A DNA stretch of 63,991 bases, counting the filler, from Octopus bimaculoides (Eukaryota): the NCBI RefSeq assembly GCF_001194135.2. It is 4 parts of 4 records of this genome, joined end to end, with 100 filler letters (N's around TTAATTAATTAA, not from the genome) between each part and the next. Parts side by side here need not be neighbours in the genome. Positions count along the whole stretch, not along the records: positions 12,775 to 40,722 come from NC_068983.1; positions 40,823 to 59,298 come from NC_069009.1; 2 more parts are not named here. One strand, 5' to 3'. A model generated the notes under the pieces. The model did not search any database. It was given only the letters and a program-made list of their open reading frames with translations, and had not been told where the DNA came from. This document shows, one piece after another, positions 38,089-49,333 of the stretch. Made by a program: the position numbers and the translations under genes. Every line of letters begins with the position of its first letter. Position 1 is the first letter of the stretch.

Positions 38089-38759
38089 ATTTAGACAATT
38101 TTTAACCGGATGCTGGTGTCATGAAGAAGTACCCAGTACACTCCGTAAAGTGATCAGTGCTACAAAGGGCATCTGACTGAAGAAACCCTGTCAGAGCTGA
38201 CATTGGAGCATGATGCAGTCCCCTCTCTCCACAGATCCTGTCAGAGCACCCAACACCTGCACAGCATGGAAGCTGAATGTTAAATGAGGATCATGTTAAG
38301 AATTAATGTTATTTCTTTGGCCAAAGGTCGCTGAGATTGACTTTGCCTTTCATCCTTTTGGGGTCGATAAATTAAGTACCAGTTGTGTACTGGGGTCGAT
38401 CTAACTGACTGGCACTCTCCCACCAAATTTTAGGCCTTTTGTTGTGTTCTTAAGCAAATTTCAGGCCTTGTGTTGTGTTCTTGAGCAAATTTCAGGCCCT
38501 GTATTGTGTTCTTTGACCAAAGCACTTTGTTTCACATTGCTCCAGTTCACACAACTATGAATGAGTGACCCTGTGATGTACTAGCCTTCCGATCAAGGGG
38601 AATATTAGCCTGCTTACCTTGCCAGCAGGGTGTCATCATCTGAAAGCTAAAACGATGCAAAGCACAGTGACCAGCAATGTATAACATCCGGTAATCTGGT
38701 CAATCACTTGATCACATGATATTTATTAACAGCAAATATATTTTATTATTTTTATTATT

Positions 38760-39070
38760 ATTATTTTACTTGTTTCAGTCAATTGACTGCTGCCATGCTG
38801 GAGCACCACCTTTAGTCGAACAAATTGACCCCAGGAGTTATTCTTTGTAAGTTCAGCACCTATACCATCGGTCTCCTTCGCAGAATATATATATATATAT
38901 ATATATATACGACGGGCTTCTTTCAGTTTCCGTCTACCAAATCTATTCACAAGGCTTTGGTTAGCCTGGGGCTATAGTAGAAGACACTTGCTCAAGGTGC
39001 CATGCAGTGGGACTGAACCTGGGACCATGTGGTTGGTAAGCAAGCTATGTATCACACACCAACTCCTGTT
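38760..39070 (-). mobile_element. SINE family A
   Basis: Matches the consensus of the other copies, with an internal deletion. Confidence 0.8.
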
Positions 39071-39503
39071 TACTTATAAATATGAACTTGAAATATTTGC
39101 AAGGTGACTATATGTTCAATATCTACAACTTACAGAATTAATTCATAGGCATAACTTAGTAGATACTGATGGTTTATTGGTTATTAGTTGACCTGTTAAG
39201 ATCAACTTTACTTTTCATCTTTCTGGAGTTAATAAAATAAATACCAGTCAAATACTATATTCGATTTGACCAACTGCCTTATCCCTTCCCTTTCCACAAA
39301 TTTCTGGCCATGTACCAATGTAAAAGGATATTTTTAGTTGAAACTACTCACCTCACTGACGATGGTTTAATGATTTCAAATCAACACAGAATCATAGTTT
39401 TTCTGAATTGTGTCTTATTGGAGAAGGAAGTTGTGAATACATAAAAATGCTACTTAATTTTTTAAATTGAAAATATCGACAATATAGATAACATTTCAAA
39501 CAC

Positions 39504-39547
<44 letters not shown>

Positions 39548-39548
<1 letters not shown>

Positions 39549-39817
39549 GTTTGACTTTTGCTTTGTATTTGTACAAGTTGACTCCAAGCCTCACCCAGAG
39601 ACCTCAAGAGACAAGTTAGAAGTTCATGTTGGTGCTATGCCAAGGGTGCCATATATTTGGTTTTGCACATAATATTGTTCTAGAGAATGTTTAAGAAAAC
39701 ATAAGAAAATTACAAGTTTGTTTTAAAATTTGAGATTACATAGACAGTATTTTACATAGGATATACCATTTTTGGGTTTCCTGATGTCTGAGCTAGGTAG
39801 GAATCAGCTCCTTTTGC

Positions 39818-39818
<1 letters not shown>
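39548..39818 (-). mobile_element. Probable Dong/R4-clade LINE 3' end inserted in a (TAA)n microsatellite
   Basis: (TTA)n on both sides. Minus-strand KGADSYLAQTSGNPKM...ILCKILSM* resembles the R4/Dong/NeSL-type C-terminus (recalled), followed by a short 3' UTR and (AAT)n. Confidence 0.55.
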
Positions 39819-39849
<31 letters not shown>

Positions 39850-39851
<2 letters not shown>

Positions 39852-40265
39852 GAGTGAGAGAGCAGTGCATGCCATCAAAGTGACACTGGGGTAAAATATA
39901 CGATGCCCAATATACCCATCATGACTAGCTATCCGATAAGGGTACACTAGGCACATGCATCACAACCATATGTGCGCAACATGGTGATCTCATATCAAGA
40001 TAAACAGCGCATGACCTTACAGGTGGAGCCCAGTCAAAATGTTCATCAGGTTGCGTAGCCCATCCCACTCAAAAGGTCCCTGAATAAGGTTTGTCTTAAG
40101 GATGATGAACAAAACACCCATGTTTCCAAAGGTGAACTATTCAAACCCCAAAGAATTTCTCTCAACACATGGCTATGATGCTCCCCAACTACTTCTGCTC
40201 ATGATCAGAGATGCACATGACGTCAGCCACTAAGGGACATGCTCAACTGGTCAATGTCAAACAAC
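39850..40265 (-). mobile_element. Interspersed retroposon (family E) with (AAT)n tail
   Basis: Reverse complement of 56963-57645. Ends ...GCACTGCTCTCTCACTCAATAATAAT. Confidence 0.75.
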
Positions 40266-40469
40266 AGCAAACATGATCCTTGGGGGTCTATATAAGATTT
40301 TGTTGTTAAAATGTATGTGCAATAAAATAGTTACACTTCTACAATAAATTTTTTTTAATGATTCCTAGTAATCTTTTATCTTTTACTTGTTTCAGTCATT
40401 AGACTGCGGCCATGCTGGGGTACTGCCTTGAATTTTTAGTCGAATGAATCGGCCCCAGTACTTATGTTT

Positions 40470-40509
40470 ATATATGTACTATATATATGTATATATATAT
40501 GTATATATG

Positions 40510-40541
<32 letters not shown>

Positions 40542-40544
40542 GTA

Positions 40545-40599
<55 letters not shown>

Positions 40600-40722
40600 T
40601 ATGTATATGTATATATATATATTATATAATGTATATGTATATATATATATTATATAATATATATATGTATATGTATATATATATATTATATAATATATAT
40701 ATATATAGTATATATATATATT
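40470..40722. repeat. Long imperfect (AT)n microsatellite (one of dozens of AT/GT/CT/AAT/GAT tracts)
   Basis: Direct inspection. Other large tracts at 18835-19030, 52840-53010, 56663-56860, 59400-60660 and 62765-62945. Confidence 0.95.
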
Positions 40723-40999
40723 NNNNNNNNNNNNNNNNNNNNNNNNNNNNNNNNNNNNNNNNNNNNTTAATTAATTAANNNNNNNNNNNNNNNNNNNNNN
40801 NNNNNNNNNNNNNNNNNNNNNNATAATGCCAGTCATCGCTACGGATGGAGGAAGCAGGTTAAGGAGGGGATCGACACTTTTGAGAGAGCACGTATCCAGC
40901 ATGAAGAACTTAAGTGAGCTGCGCGAAAGCGCACGGCTCATATAGCGAATGGGGAAAGCTTAATCTGCAATGTTTGCAGTCGTGTATCCTTGTCAAGAG

Positions 41000-41590
41000 C
41001 AGGGCTCATTAGCCACCAACGGAGCCGCAAATGCAAAATATAAGTTAGTCCTAGAGCGCACAATGTTCCTGAAGGTCGGCAATGGTCTTCCTCGGTCACG
41101 AGTGGATGGCCATCATCATGAAGCCGTCCTTCGATCGGCGTTTAGGTTGGCTCCTACGAAGAGCACATTTGAAGCCGTCGGAAATGTGGAGAAAATTCAC
41201 CAGCATGTACATGAAGGTCAACAGCACTGCTGATGTTTTTGGGTTGTCGTATGGGTCCGTGCGGGTAATCCTAAATGTCTGGATTCTTCACGATGACAAT
41301 GCACTCTGTCACCGAGTTCTCGCCCGCGAGTCTCTCGCCATTTTAAAACATGGTATCGCTTCCGCACCTGCTCCTGTTAAGGGCCAGATTTAACAGCTGG
41401 GGGTTTCCATCTCATCCCCAAGATGAAAATGCAGCTAAAAGGCCACCGTTTTTAACACTGTTGCTGGGATCAAGAACGAATCGTAGAAGGACCTCGACTC
41501 ACTTACGGAAAACGACTCCCAGGTCAGATTCGAAAACTGACAGGAACACTATTTCGAAGGAGATGGTGTTAAAACTTAAATAAATGTTAT
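41000..41590 (+). mobile_element. Internally deleted mariner transposase remnant
   Basis: GNVEKIHQHVHE, ADVFGLSYGSVRVIL joined to WILHDDNALCHR, then FHLIPKMKMQLKGHRF-like sequence and YFEGDG at the end. Confidence 0.75.
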
Positions 41591-41869
41591 TTTTTTATTA
41601 AGCATAGCTAGTCCCGTTAAATATCTTCCCTAAAAATAGAATTGGGATTTTCTGTCTGTCACGTTGCCTCAATATGCTTGACATTTCTCAGCGGAAAATA
41701 ATTTCAAACATGACATTCCTCAACAAAAGATAGAATGGTGTAGAAAACTTGTTTTCTGCAGTTAAGGGTAATGAAATATTGAGTGGATGAACCTCGTTCG
41801 TCTAACAGGGGTTTCAATTATGCTTTAGATTCGGGACTAACTCTTCCTCAAATGTGGAAATGATAAAAC

Positions 41870-42500
41870 TCACCATCATCATCATCATCATCATTTAACG
41901 TCCGCCTTCCATGCTAGCATGGGTTGGACGATTTGACTGAGTACTGGTGAGACCAGATGGCTACACCAGGCTCCAATCTGATCTGGCAGAGTTTCTACAG
42001 CTGGATGCCCTTCCTAACGCCAACCACTCCGAGAGTGTAGTGGGTGCTTTTACGTGCCACCGGCATGAAGGCCAGTCAGGCGGTACTGGCAACGATATAT
42101 ATATATATNNNNNNNNNNNNNNNNNNNNNNNNNNNNNNNNNNNNNNNNNNNNNNNNNNNNNNNNNNNNNNNNNNNNNNNNNNNNNNNNNNNNNNNNNNNN
42201 NNNNNNNNNNNNNNNNNNNNNNNNNNNNNNNNNNNNNNNNACCATCATCATCATCATCATCATTTAACGTCCGCCTTCCATGCTAGCATGGGTTGGACGA
42301 TTTGACTGAGGACTGGTGAAACCAGATGGCTGCACCAGGCTCCAACCTGATCTGGCTGTGTTTTTACAGCTGGATGCCCTTCCTAACGCCAACCACTCTG
42401 AGTGTGTAGTGGGTGCTTTTACGTGCCACCGGCATGAAGGCCAGTCAGGCGGTACTGGCAACGGCCACGCTCAAATGGTGTTTTTTACGTGCCGCCTGCA
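41870..42500 (-). mobile_element. Family C, two near-identical copies either side of an N-gap
   Basis: 41875-42090 and 42241-42465 differ at only a few sites. Confidence 0.85.
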
Positions 42501-42911
42501 CAGTGATATATATATATATATGTAATTTGTGGTGTGTTAATGTCATGATTATACTTCTTCACATTGCAAAAAAAAACATAAGAAAGAAACATAATTTACC
42601 TCTCCTGATACAGTGCTAGTCTTGTAACTGTCAAATTCTGGCACGGTCTTAGGTTTAAAGTAATTAAACAATAATTGAGACATTTAAAAACTATAAATGC
42701 GCCCTTTTAAAGCCTAGCCAGGCTCATGGGTCCGGTTTCCCGGTTTCAGTGACGTATGTGTTCCCCAGCTGGACGGGATGCCAGTCCATCGCAGCGTTAC
42801 CCATTTTTATGTTCTTGAAACAACAAATTTTTATAGAGATTAGGATTTAAATTCAATACACCGCCACAAATACACTGTTCAATACACCGCCACAAAATTT
42901 TCACCAAATTT

Positions 42912-43342
42912 GGCAAAAATACTCATAACCCTAACGCTAACCCCAACCCTAAAACCCTAACCCTAACCCTAACTCTTAAACCCAAACCCTAAACCTAAAA
43001 CCAGTACAAACGCACGAACGATGTCATAAATAACAGTACCGCCGATAGTTGTTGTTGACAAACAACGGCAGTAATTTTATTCAAGGGAAAAGATCCCATT
43101 ACACCGCCACAACGTCTTGTTGACAATCCACAGCAGTAATTGTTTTCACCTCAATAGACGTCAGTGATTGGTTGAAATTACCGAAATACGACAATTTTAA
43201 CACGAAATAACTTTAAGAATATAAACTTTTCTCAACAACACTAAGAGTAAAAGATCTTTTATATGACACATTCTACCAGTGTCCCAAGCTGGAAAGTGTT
43301 TCGTTAAGAAAACAAGCGGTGTCCGCCAAATCAGAAGGATCC
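42912..43342. mobile_element. Right arm of the telomere-repeat MITE family
   Basis: Close match to 8950-9383 including the CCCTAA array (~42928-43000). Ends ...CCGCCAAATCAGAAGGATCC. Confidence 0.9.
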
Positions 43343-43688
43343 CATACACACATGCATGTCAGATAAGAACTAATTTAAGCCATCTCCATAAATTACAACT
43401 ACAAAACTGATATCCACTTGGTGAGACGAGTGTGTGAGTGTGTATGTGTGTGTGTGTGTGCGCGTGTGTTTCTGTTTGTGCTTGTCGTCCACCACTGCTT
43501 GACAACCGGTGTTGGTTTGTTTATGTTCTCGTAATCTAGCGGTTCGGCTAATGAAATCGATAGAATAAGTACCAGGCTTAGAAATTCTTTTTTTTAATTT
43601 TTGGGTCGATTCATTCGACTAGAATTCTTCAAGGCGGTGCCCCATCGTGTTTTGTAGTCTGACTGAAACGAGTAAAAGATAGATAGAT

Positions 43689-43724
<36 letters not shown>

Positions 43725-44789
43725 TGTGTGTGTTTGCCAAAGGCGAAAAACAGAGAGAGACCGATATTGGTGAGATAGAGTATAGAAAATGAAAGTTGCT
43801 AAGTGGAAATAATGTCGTTCAACCGTCAGACATTTAAAAGAGTAACAGGTTTATTAACTGTTGAATAGCGAAAGAATGTTCCGCCATAAAGTTTGTCAAG
43901 TGCTGGACTAGAAAGACTAATAGTTACAGTAAGAGGGGTACGTACGGTACTGTGTATGAAGGGGGAGGAAATAAAGAGAAAGGGTAAGAGAATTTATGCG
44001 ATAATAAATGGGGAGTGGTTGGAGTGATATGTATAGAAGATACGGAGAAGGGGGGTTAGAAAGAGTAGTTCGAGAGAATTTGGTGATAAATGTTAAGGAG
44101 TAGTAGTTAGAGAGAAAGGTATGGAGTTTATGAGGGAGGGAAAGAAAGCAGGTCAGCAATTATTAAAGAAAAAGGAGGGAGAGAAGAGAAGAGATGGGAG
44201 AAAGAGAGAAAGCAGGTCAGTGTGTGGAAGGAAAAGAGAAACGGAGAAAAGAGGAGGGGCGAGAGACTATTAGCTATGACAGAGTGATAGGCACAGTGAA
44301 AGATGTACAGTGTAAGTAAGAGGGGGATTAGAAAGACATAGTTGTGAAAGAGAGAGAGGGAGAGAAGTAGGTGCTAGAAACTAAAGCAGGACAGCGTTTG
44401 AAAAGAGTGGTAGTTAGAGTAGGTGAAAGTAAGGGTGAATATATAAGGGAGGAGTAAATTTGAAAGATACTTAGTACTGAGAGAGTAGCACATTAAGAGA
44501 GGAAGTCAAAGAAAAGAATGAAAGGCCAAAGAGGAGTAGTGAGAATGAAATGTATTGAAAATTAATTAGAGGGGGAAAACGAGCTTGTATTTGGAAAGAG
44601 AGGAAGAGAGAGATAGAGGGGGAAGAGGTAAGAGAATATGATAGCTGTGTAATAAAAGAAAGGAGAAAGATAGATAAATACATAGAGAGAGAGAGACAGA
44701 GACAGAGACAGAGCGAGAATAGCAGTGAGAAATGAAAAAGATGGAAGGGGAGGATTGCTAGTGCCGTAAAATGCCGAGTGGTACCGAGC

Positions 44790-45000
44790 GGAGCCGAACA
44801 ATGCTGAAAGATAGCACGCCGTACAAAATGCCTGCAGCAGTTCTTCCAGCTCTTTACGTTCCGAGTTCGAATTCCGCCGAGGGCGACTTCGCCTTTTATC
44901 CTTTCGCAGTCGGTAAGATAAGTTCCAGTTGAGCACTCGAGTCGATGTTGGCGACTTGCCCATTTCTCCAAAATTTCGGGTCTTGCATCCATAGTAGAAA
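44790..45000 (+). mobile_element. SINE family B
   Basis: GAGTTCGAATTCCGCCGAGG...GCCTTTTATCCTTTCG. Confidence 0.75.
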
Positions 45001-45089
45001 GGGCGGAATTCGGTTTTCAGCACCTCATAACTTTATTGGTATTATTTTTATGAATTTCAAGAAATTTTTGCGAATTTGTATTGCACACT

Positions 45090-45570
45090 GCATTGCACCT
45101 TGGGCAAGTGTCTTCCACTATAGCCTCGGGCCTACCAAAGCCTTGTGTTGGATTTGATAGACGGAAACTGAAAGAAGCCCGTCGTATATATGTATATATG
45201 TATATATGTGTGTATATGTTTGCGTGTCTATGTTTGTCCCCCCAACATCGCTTGACAACTGATGCTGGTGTGTTTACTTACGGCCCGTAACTTAGCGGTT
45301 CGGCAAAAGAGACCGATAGAATAAGTACTTGGCGGATCCTTTTGGTTTGACGGGCAACATTGTTCATTTATGTTTTATGTAGTGTTTTTGGTACCGAAAC
45401 ACTTTCAAACTTCGAATACTTGTATATTTTGTGTTGCCCGTCAAACCAAAAAGATCCTACTTGGCTTCCAAAGAATAAGTCCCGGAGTCGATTTGCTCGA
45501 CTAAAGGCGGTGCTCCATCACGGCCGCAGTCAAATGACTGAAACAAGTAAAAGAGTAAAAGAATAAAAGA
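45090..45570 (+). mobile_element. SINE family A, 5'-truncated, interrupted by the 124-bp MITE
   Basis: The body resumes exactly after TSD TACTTGGC. Tail GTAAAAGAGTAAAAGA. Confidence 0.85.
45334..45457. mobile_element. 124-bp minimal member of the GGATC-TIR MITE family, inserted in a SINE
   Basis: 26-bp TIRs with 1 mismatch (GGATCCTTTTGGTTTGACGGGCAACA). Perfect 8-bp TSD TACTTGGC (45326-45333, 45458-45465). Interior matches 8570-8625. Confidence 0.92.
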
Positions 45571-45808
45571 GTCCAGACGGGAATTAATACGATTATGAAA
45601 AAGCAATTTTTTCAAAAAACTTTTTAAATTCCCACCCCAACAAATCCTAAAACCTCGACTCTTTTCGGAATTTTTTTAAAAAGCAGACTTTTGAAATACG
45701 CACAGGCTGAATTTTTTTGGTTAAATCCTAGCAATGGACCACTGCTGGATGCATCATCGTTCAATTAAATGCGCTTACGGGGAGAAAAATATTGAAAGAC
45801 ATCAATAC

Positions 45809-45908
45809 GTGTTGGAGTGACAAAGAAACGAGGAATGTAACTGGTGGGTGTTTCTAGCATATCTCACGACCACCTGATAGCTTTCTTGTGTCTTTGTCAT
45901 TCTAACAT
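45809..45908. repeat. Short imperfect foldback repeat family
   Basis: GTGTTGGAGTGACAAAGA...TCTTTGTCATTCTAACAT. Half-copies at ~48495-48550 and ~46820-46875. Confidence 0.55.
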
Positions 45909-45909
45909 A

Positions 45910-46257
45910 CTCTTTTACTCTTTTACTTGTTCCAGTCATTTGACTGTGGCCATGCTGGAGCACCGCCTTTTAGTCGAGCTAATCGACCCCGGCACTTATT
46001 CTTTGTAAGCCTAGTACTTATTCTATTGGTCTCTTTTTACGGGGACGTAAATACACCAGCATCGGTTGTCAAGTGATGTTATGGGGGGGGGGGGACAAAC
46101 ACAGACACACAAACATGCATACACACACTTACATATATACGACGGGCTTCTTTCAGTTTCCGTCTACCAAATCCACTCACAAGATTTTGGTCGGCCCGAG
46201 GCTATAGTAGAAGACACTTGCCCAAGGTGCCACGCAGTGGGACTGAACCCGGAACTA
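45910..46257 (-). mobile_element. SINE family A
   Basis: Tail TACTCTTTTACTCTTTTAC. Body to GGGACTGAACCC. Confidence 0.85.
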
Positions 46258-46904
46258 TGTATATAACAACACTTCCAATCAATTAAGGTCAGAAGCCATG
46301 AGAGCCACTGCCTGGCACTGCATCAGGGAATTATTGTTATTGTTATTATTATTATTATTATTATTATTCAGGTCACTGGCTGGTATCGAACTCGGAATCT
46401 TGGGGTTAGTAGCTCCTAACCACTACAGGCACTTCGTTACAAAAAAATTATTTTTTCTATGTGCCGGCCAAAAGGAAAAGATCCTCAAAATTTATCGACC
46501 CAGTGCTCAACCGGTACTTAATTTACTGAGAGGATGAACGGCAAAGTCACCTTCAGCGGAATTCGAACTCGGATCGCATGGGGTAGGTCGGAATTTCGTA
46601 TACGACTGAACAAAGCAGCGACCCCTCGTGACATTTTTTTTTCTTTTTTGGTATTTTCAGAAAAGTTTTACCAATTTGTCTTTCACACACGGTAATTCAA
46701 ACGATTTTATTCTTTTACTTGTTTCAGGCATTTGACTGCAGCCATGCTGGAGCACCGCCTTTAGACAAGCAAATCGACCCCAGGACTTGTTCTTTGGTGT
46801 GTGTGATTTAAGGGCGATTTAGCAGTTATTTTTAGCACATCTTACGACTACCTGATACCTTCCTTGTTTATTTGACGGAATTCCGGTTTAAGCGTCCCCA
46901 CCCA

Positions 46905-47670
46905 CCTCGTATAAACCCTCATAACTTTTTTATTTTTTTGGAAATTTCAGAAAATGGGAATTTGTGTTCTTCACATGAGAATTCATACGACCATGAAAAA
47001 AATTTACCTTCCATAAATTTTAAAAGTTCCTCTGTTTTTCAAATTTTTCTTTTCTAAANNNNNNNNNNNNNNNNNNNNNNNNNNNNNNNNNNNNNNNNNN
47101 NNNNNNNNNNNNNNNNNNNNNNNNNNNNNNNNNNNNNNNNNNNNNNNNNNNNNNNNNNNNNNNNNNNNNNNNNNNNNNNNNNNNNNNNNNNNNNNNNNNN
47201 NNNNNNNNNNNNNNNNNNNNNNNNNNNNNNNNNNNNNNNNNNNNNNNNNNNNNNNNNNNNNNNNNNNNNNNNNNNNNNNNNNNNNNNNNNNNNNNNNNNN
47301 NNNNNNNNNNNNNNNNNNNNNNNNNNNNNNNNNNNNNNNNNNNNNNNNNNNNNNNNNNNNNNNNNNNNNNNNNNNNNNNNNNNNNNNNNNNNNNNNNNNN
47401 NNNNNNNNNNNNNNNNNNNNNNNNNNNNNNNNNNNNNNNNNNNNNNNNNNNNNNNNNNNNNNNNNNNNNNNNNNNNNNNNNNNNNNNNNNNNNNNNNNNN
47501 NNNNNNNNNNNNNNNNNNNNNNNNNNNNNNNNNNNNNNNNNNCCTTCAGGGAGCAAAATATTGAAAAGCATTAATGCATGCCAGAGTGGGTTCTTATGTG
47601 CAGAAGACAAATTTGTAAAAATTTGTTGAAAATTCCAAGAAATAAAAAAAAAGGTATGAGAGTTTATATA
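46905..47670. mobile_element. Foldback/MITE-like element whose inverted arms flank an N-gap
   Basis: TATAAACCCTCATAACTTTTTTATTTTTTTGGAAATTTCAG (left) vs its reverse-complement homolog at ~47600-47670. Related fragment at ~45010-45080. Confidence 0.6.
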
Positions 47671-47908
47671 ATTTCTTCTTTCTTGCCTTTCACCCTCCAA
47701 CGCGGAGTATAGGCCACTTATAATTGAATTCCATGTCGCATGAATATTCGCTTCTGTACTTATACTCTGCCATGAATGTCCCCCTTTCTCTAGTTCCCTT
47801 TGTGCTGATCTACGCCACGAGTTCTTAACAGTCTAGTTAATCGGAAATGTCAGAACTAACTGGGATTAATACCATATACACCGTCACAGTACTAACTGTA
47901 TTCAACTG

Positions 47909-48090
47909 AATAGACGTCAGTGATTGGTTGAAATTATCGAAATAAGACAATTTTTAACGTGAAATAACTTCGAATACAAAATTTTTTATCTGTTCTATAC
48001 CACAAAATATACAAGTATACGAAGTTTGAAAGTGTTTCGGTACCAAAAACACTACATAAAAAAATGTTGCCCGTCAAACCATAAAGATCC
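47909..48090. mobile_element. Terminal fragment of the GGATC-TIR MITE family
   Basis: Reverse complement of ~8560-8748. Ends ...GTTGCCCGTCAAACCATAAAGATCC. Confidence 0.85.
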
Positions 48091-48159
48091 CCTACCCCTC
48101 TTTCTATATCCATCCGGATTCCACTGTAAAGCACTTTTCGTTACGTTTGGTGTGTCTTT

Positions 48160-48355
48160 TCTAATTGTCCTGAGACATGGCGAACAACAGTTAAGTCAAA
48201 TAAGCAAATACAATCATTCATCAACAGGTGCTTGCGTAGTATACTTAAAATCAGATGGCCCCGAACACATAAGCAATGTGGAGCTATGGCAAAGAACGAT
48301 TCAAGTTTCGATTAGGGAGTAAATATTTAAGAAAAAGTGGAAGTGGATTGAGCGT
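48160..48355 (+). mobile_element. RTE-clade LINE ORF C-terminal fragment
   Basis: CPETWRTTVKSNKQIQSFINRCLRSILKIRWP / EHISNVELWQRT...KKKWKWIE, the typical RTE post-RT motif, with one frameshift and one stop. Confidence 0.85.
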
Positions 48356-48737
48356 TTATATGAGGTGCTTAAATCAGAATTTTATCACAGTAGGCAATGG
48401 AAACTGAACGAAGACTGTAGACTGACAGACAGATGGATAGAATAGATAGATAGATAGATAGGTATATAGATAGGTAGATAGATAGAGAGATAGTTTCAGC
48501 GTATCCCACGACCACCTGACACCTTCCTCGTTTCGTTGTCACTCTGACATGTATTAATGTTTTTCAGTATTTTTCTCCTCATAAACACATTTAATGGAAT
48601 GATGATGTACCCAAGGGTTGTTCATTGCCTCGATTTAAGCAAAAACATTCAAATTGTCCGTATTTTAAACTCTGATTAAAAAAAAATACCTCAAAATAGA
48701 GTGGAAACTTTATGATTTATGGGGAGTGATGTAGGTT

Positions 48738-49333
48738 TACTCTTTTACTTATTTCAGTCATTTGACTGCGGCCATGCTGGGGCACCGCCTTTAGTCGAGC
48801 AAATCGACCCCCAGGACTTATTCTTTGTAAGCCTAGTACTTATTCTATCGGTCTCTTTTTACCGAACCGCTTAGTTACGGGGACGTAAACACACCAGCAT
48901 CGGTTGTCAAGCGATGTTGGGGGGACAAACACAGACACACAAACACAAACATATATATACGACGGGCTTCTTTCAGTTTCCGTCTACCAAATCCACTCAC
49001 AAGGCTTTGGTCGGCCCGAGGCTATAGCAGAAGACACTTGCCCAAGGTGCCAGGCAGCGGGACTGAANNNNNNNNNNTATTCTATCGGTCTCTTTTTACC
49101 GAACCGCTTAGTTACGGGGACGTAAACACACCAGCATCGGTTGTCAAGCGATGTTGGGGGGACAAACACAGACACACAAACACAAACATATATATACGAC
49201 GGGCTTCTTTCAGTTTCCGTCTACCAAATCCACTCACAAGGCTTTGGTCGGCCCGAGGCTATAGCAGAAGACACTTGCCCAAGGTGCCAGGCAGCGGGAC
49301 TGAACCCAGAGCCATGTGGTTGGTAAGCAAGCT
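48738..49333 (-). mobile_element. SINE family A (part duplicated across a 10-N gap)
   Basis: 48840-49067 is repeated at 49078-49300. Confidence 0.85.

Noticed and set aside
40915-40940. TGAGC-TGCGC-GAAA-GCGCA-cg-GCTCA GNRA hairpin (and 34298-34335 CT/GA hairpin)
   Set aside because: Single short hairpins next to a TE remnant or in low-complexity sequence, compatible with chance.
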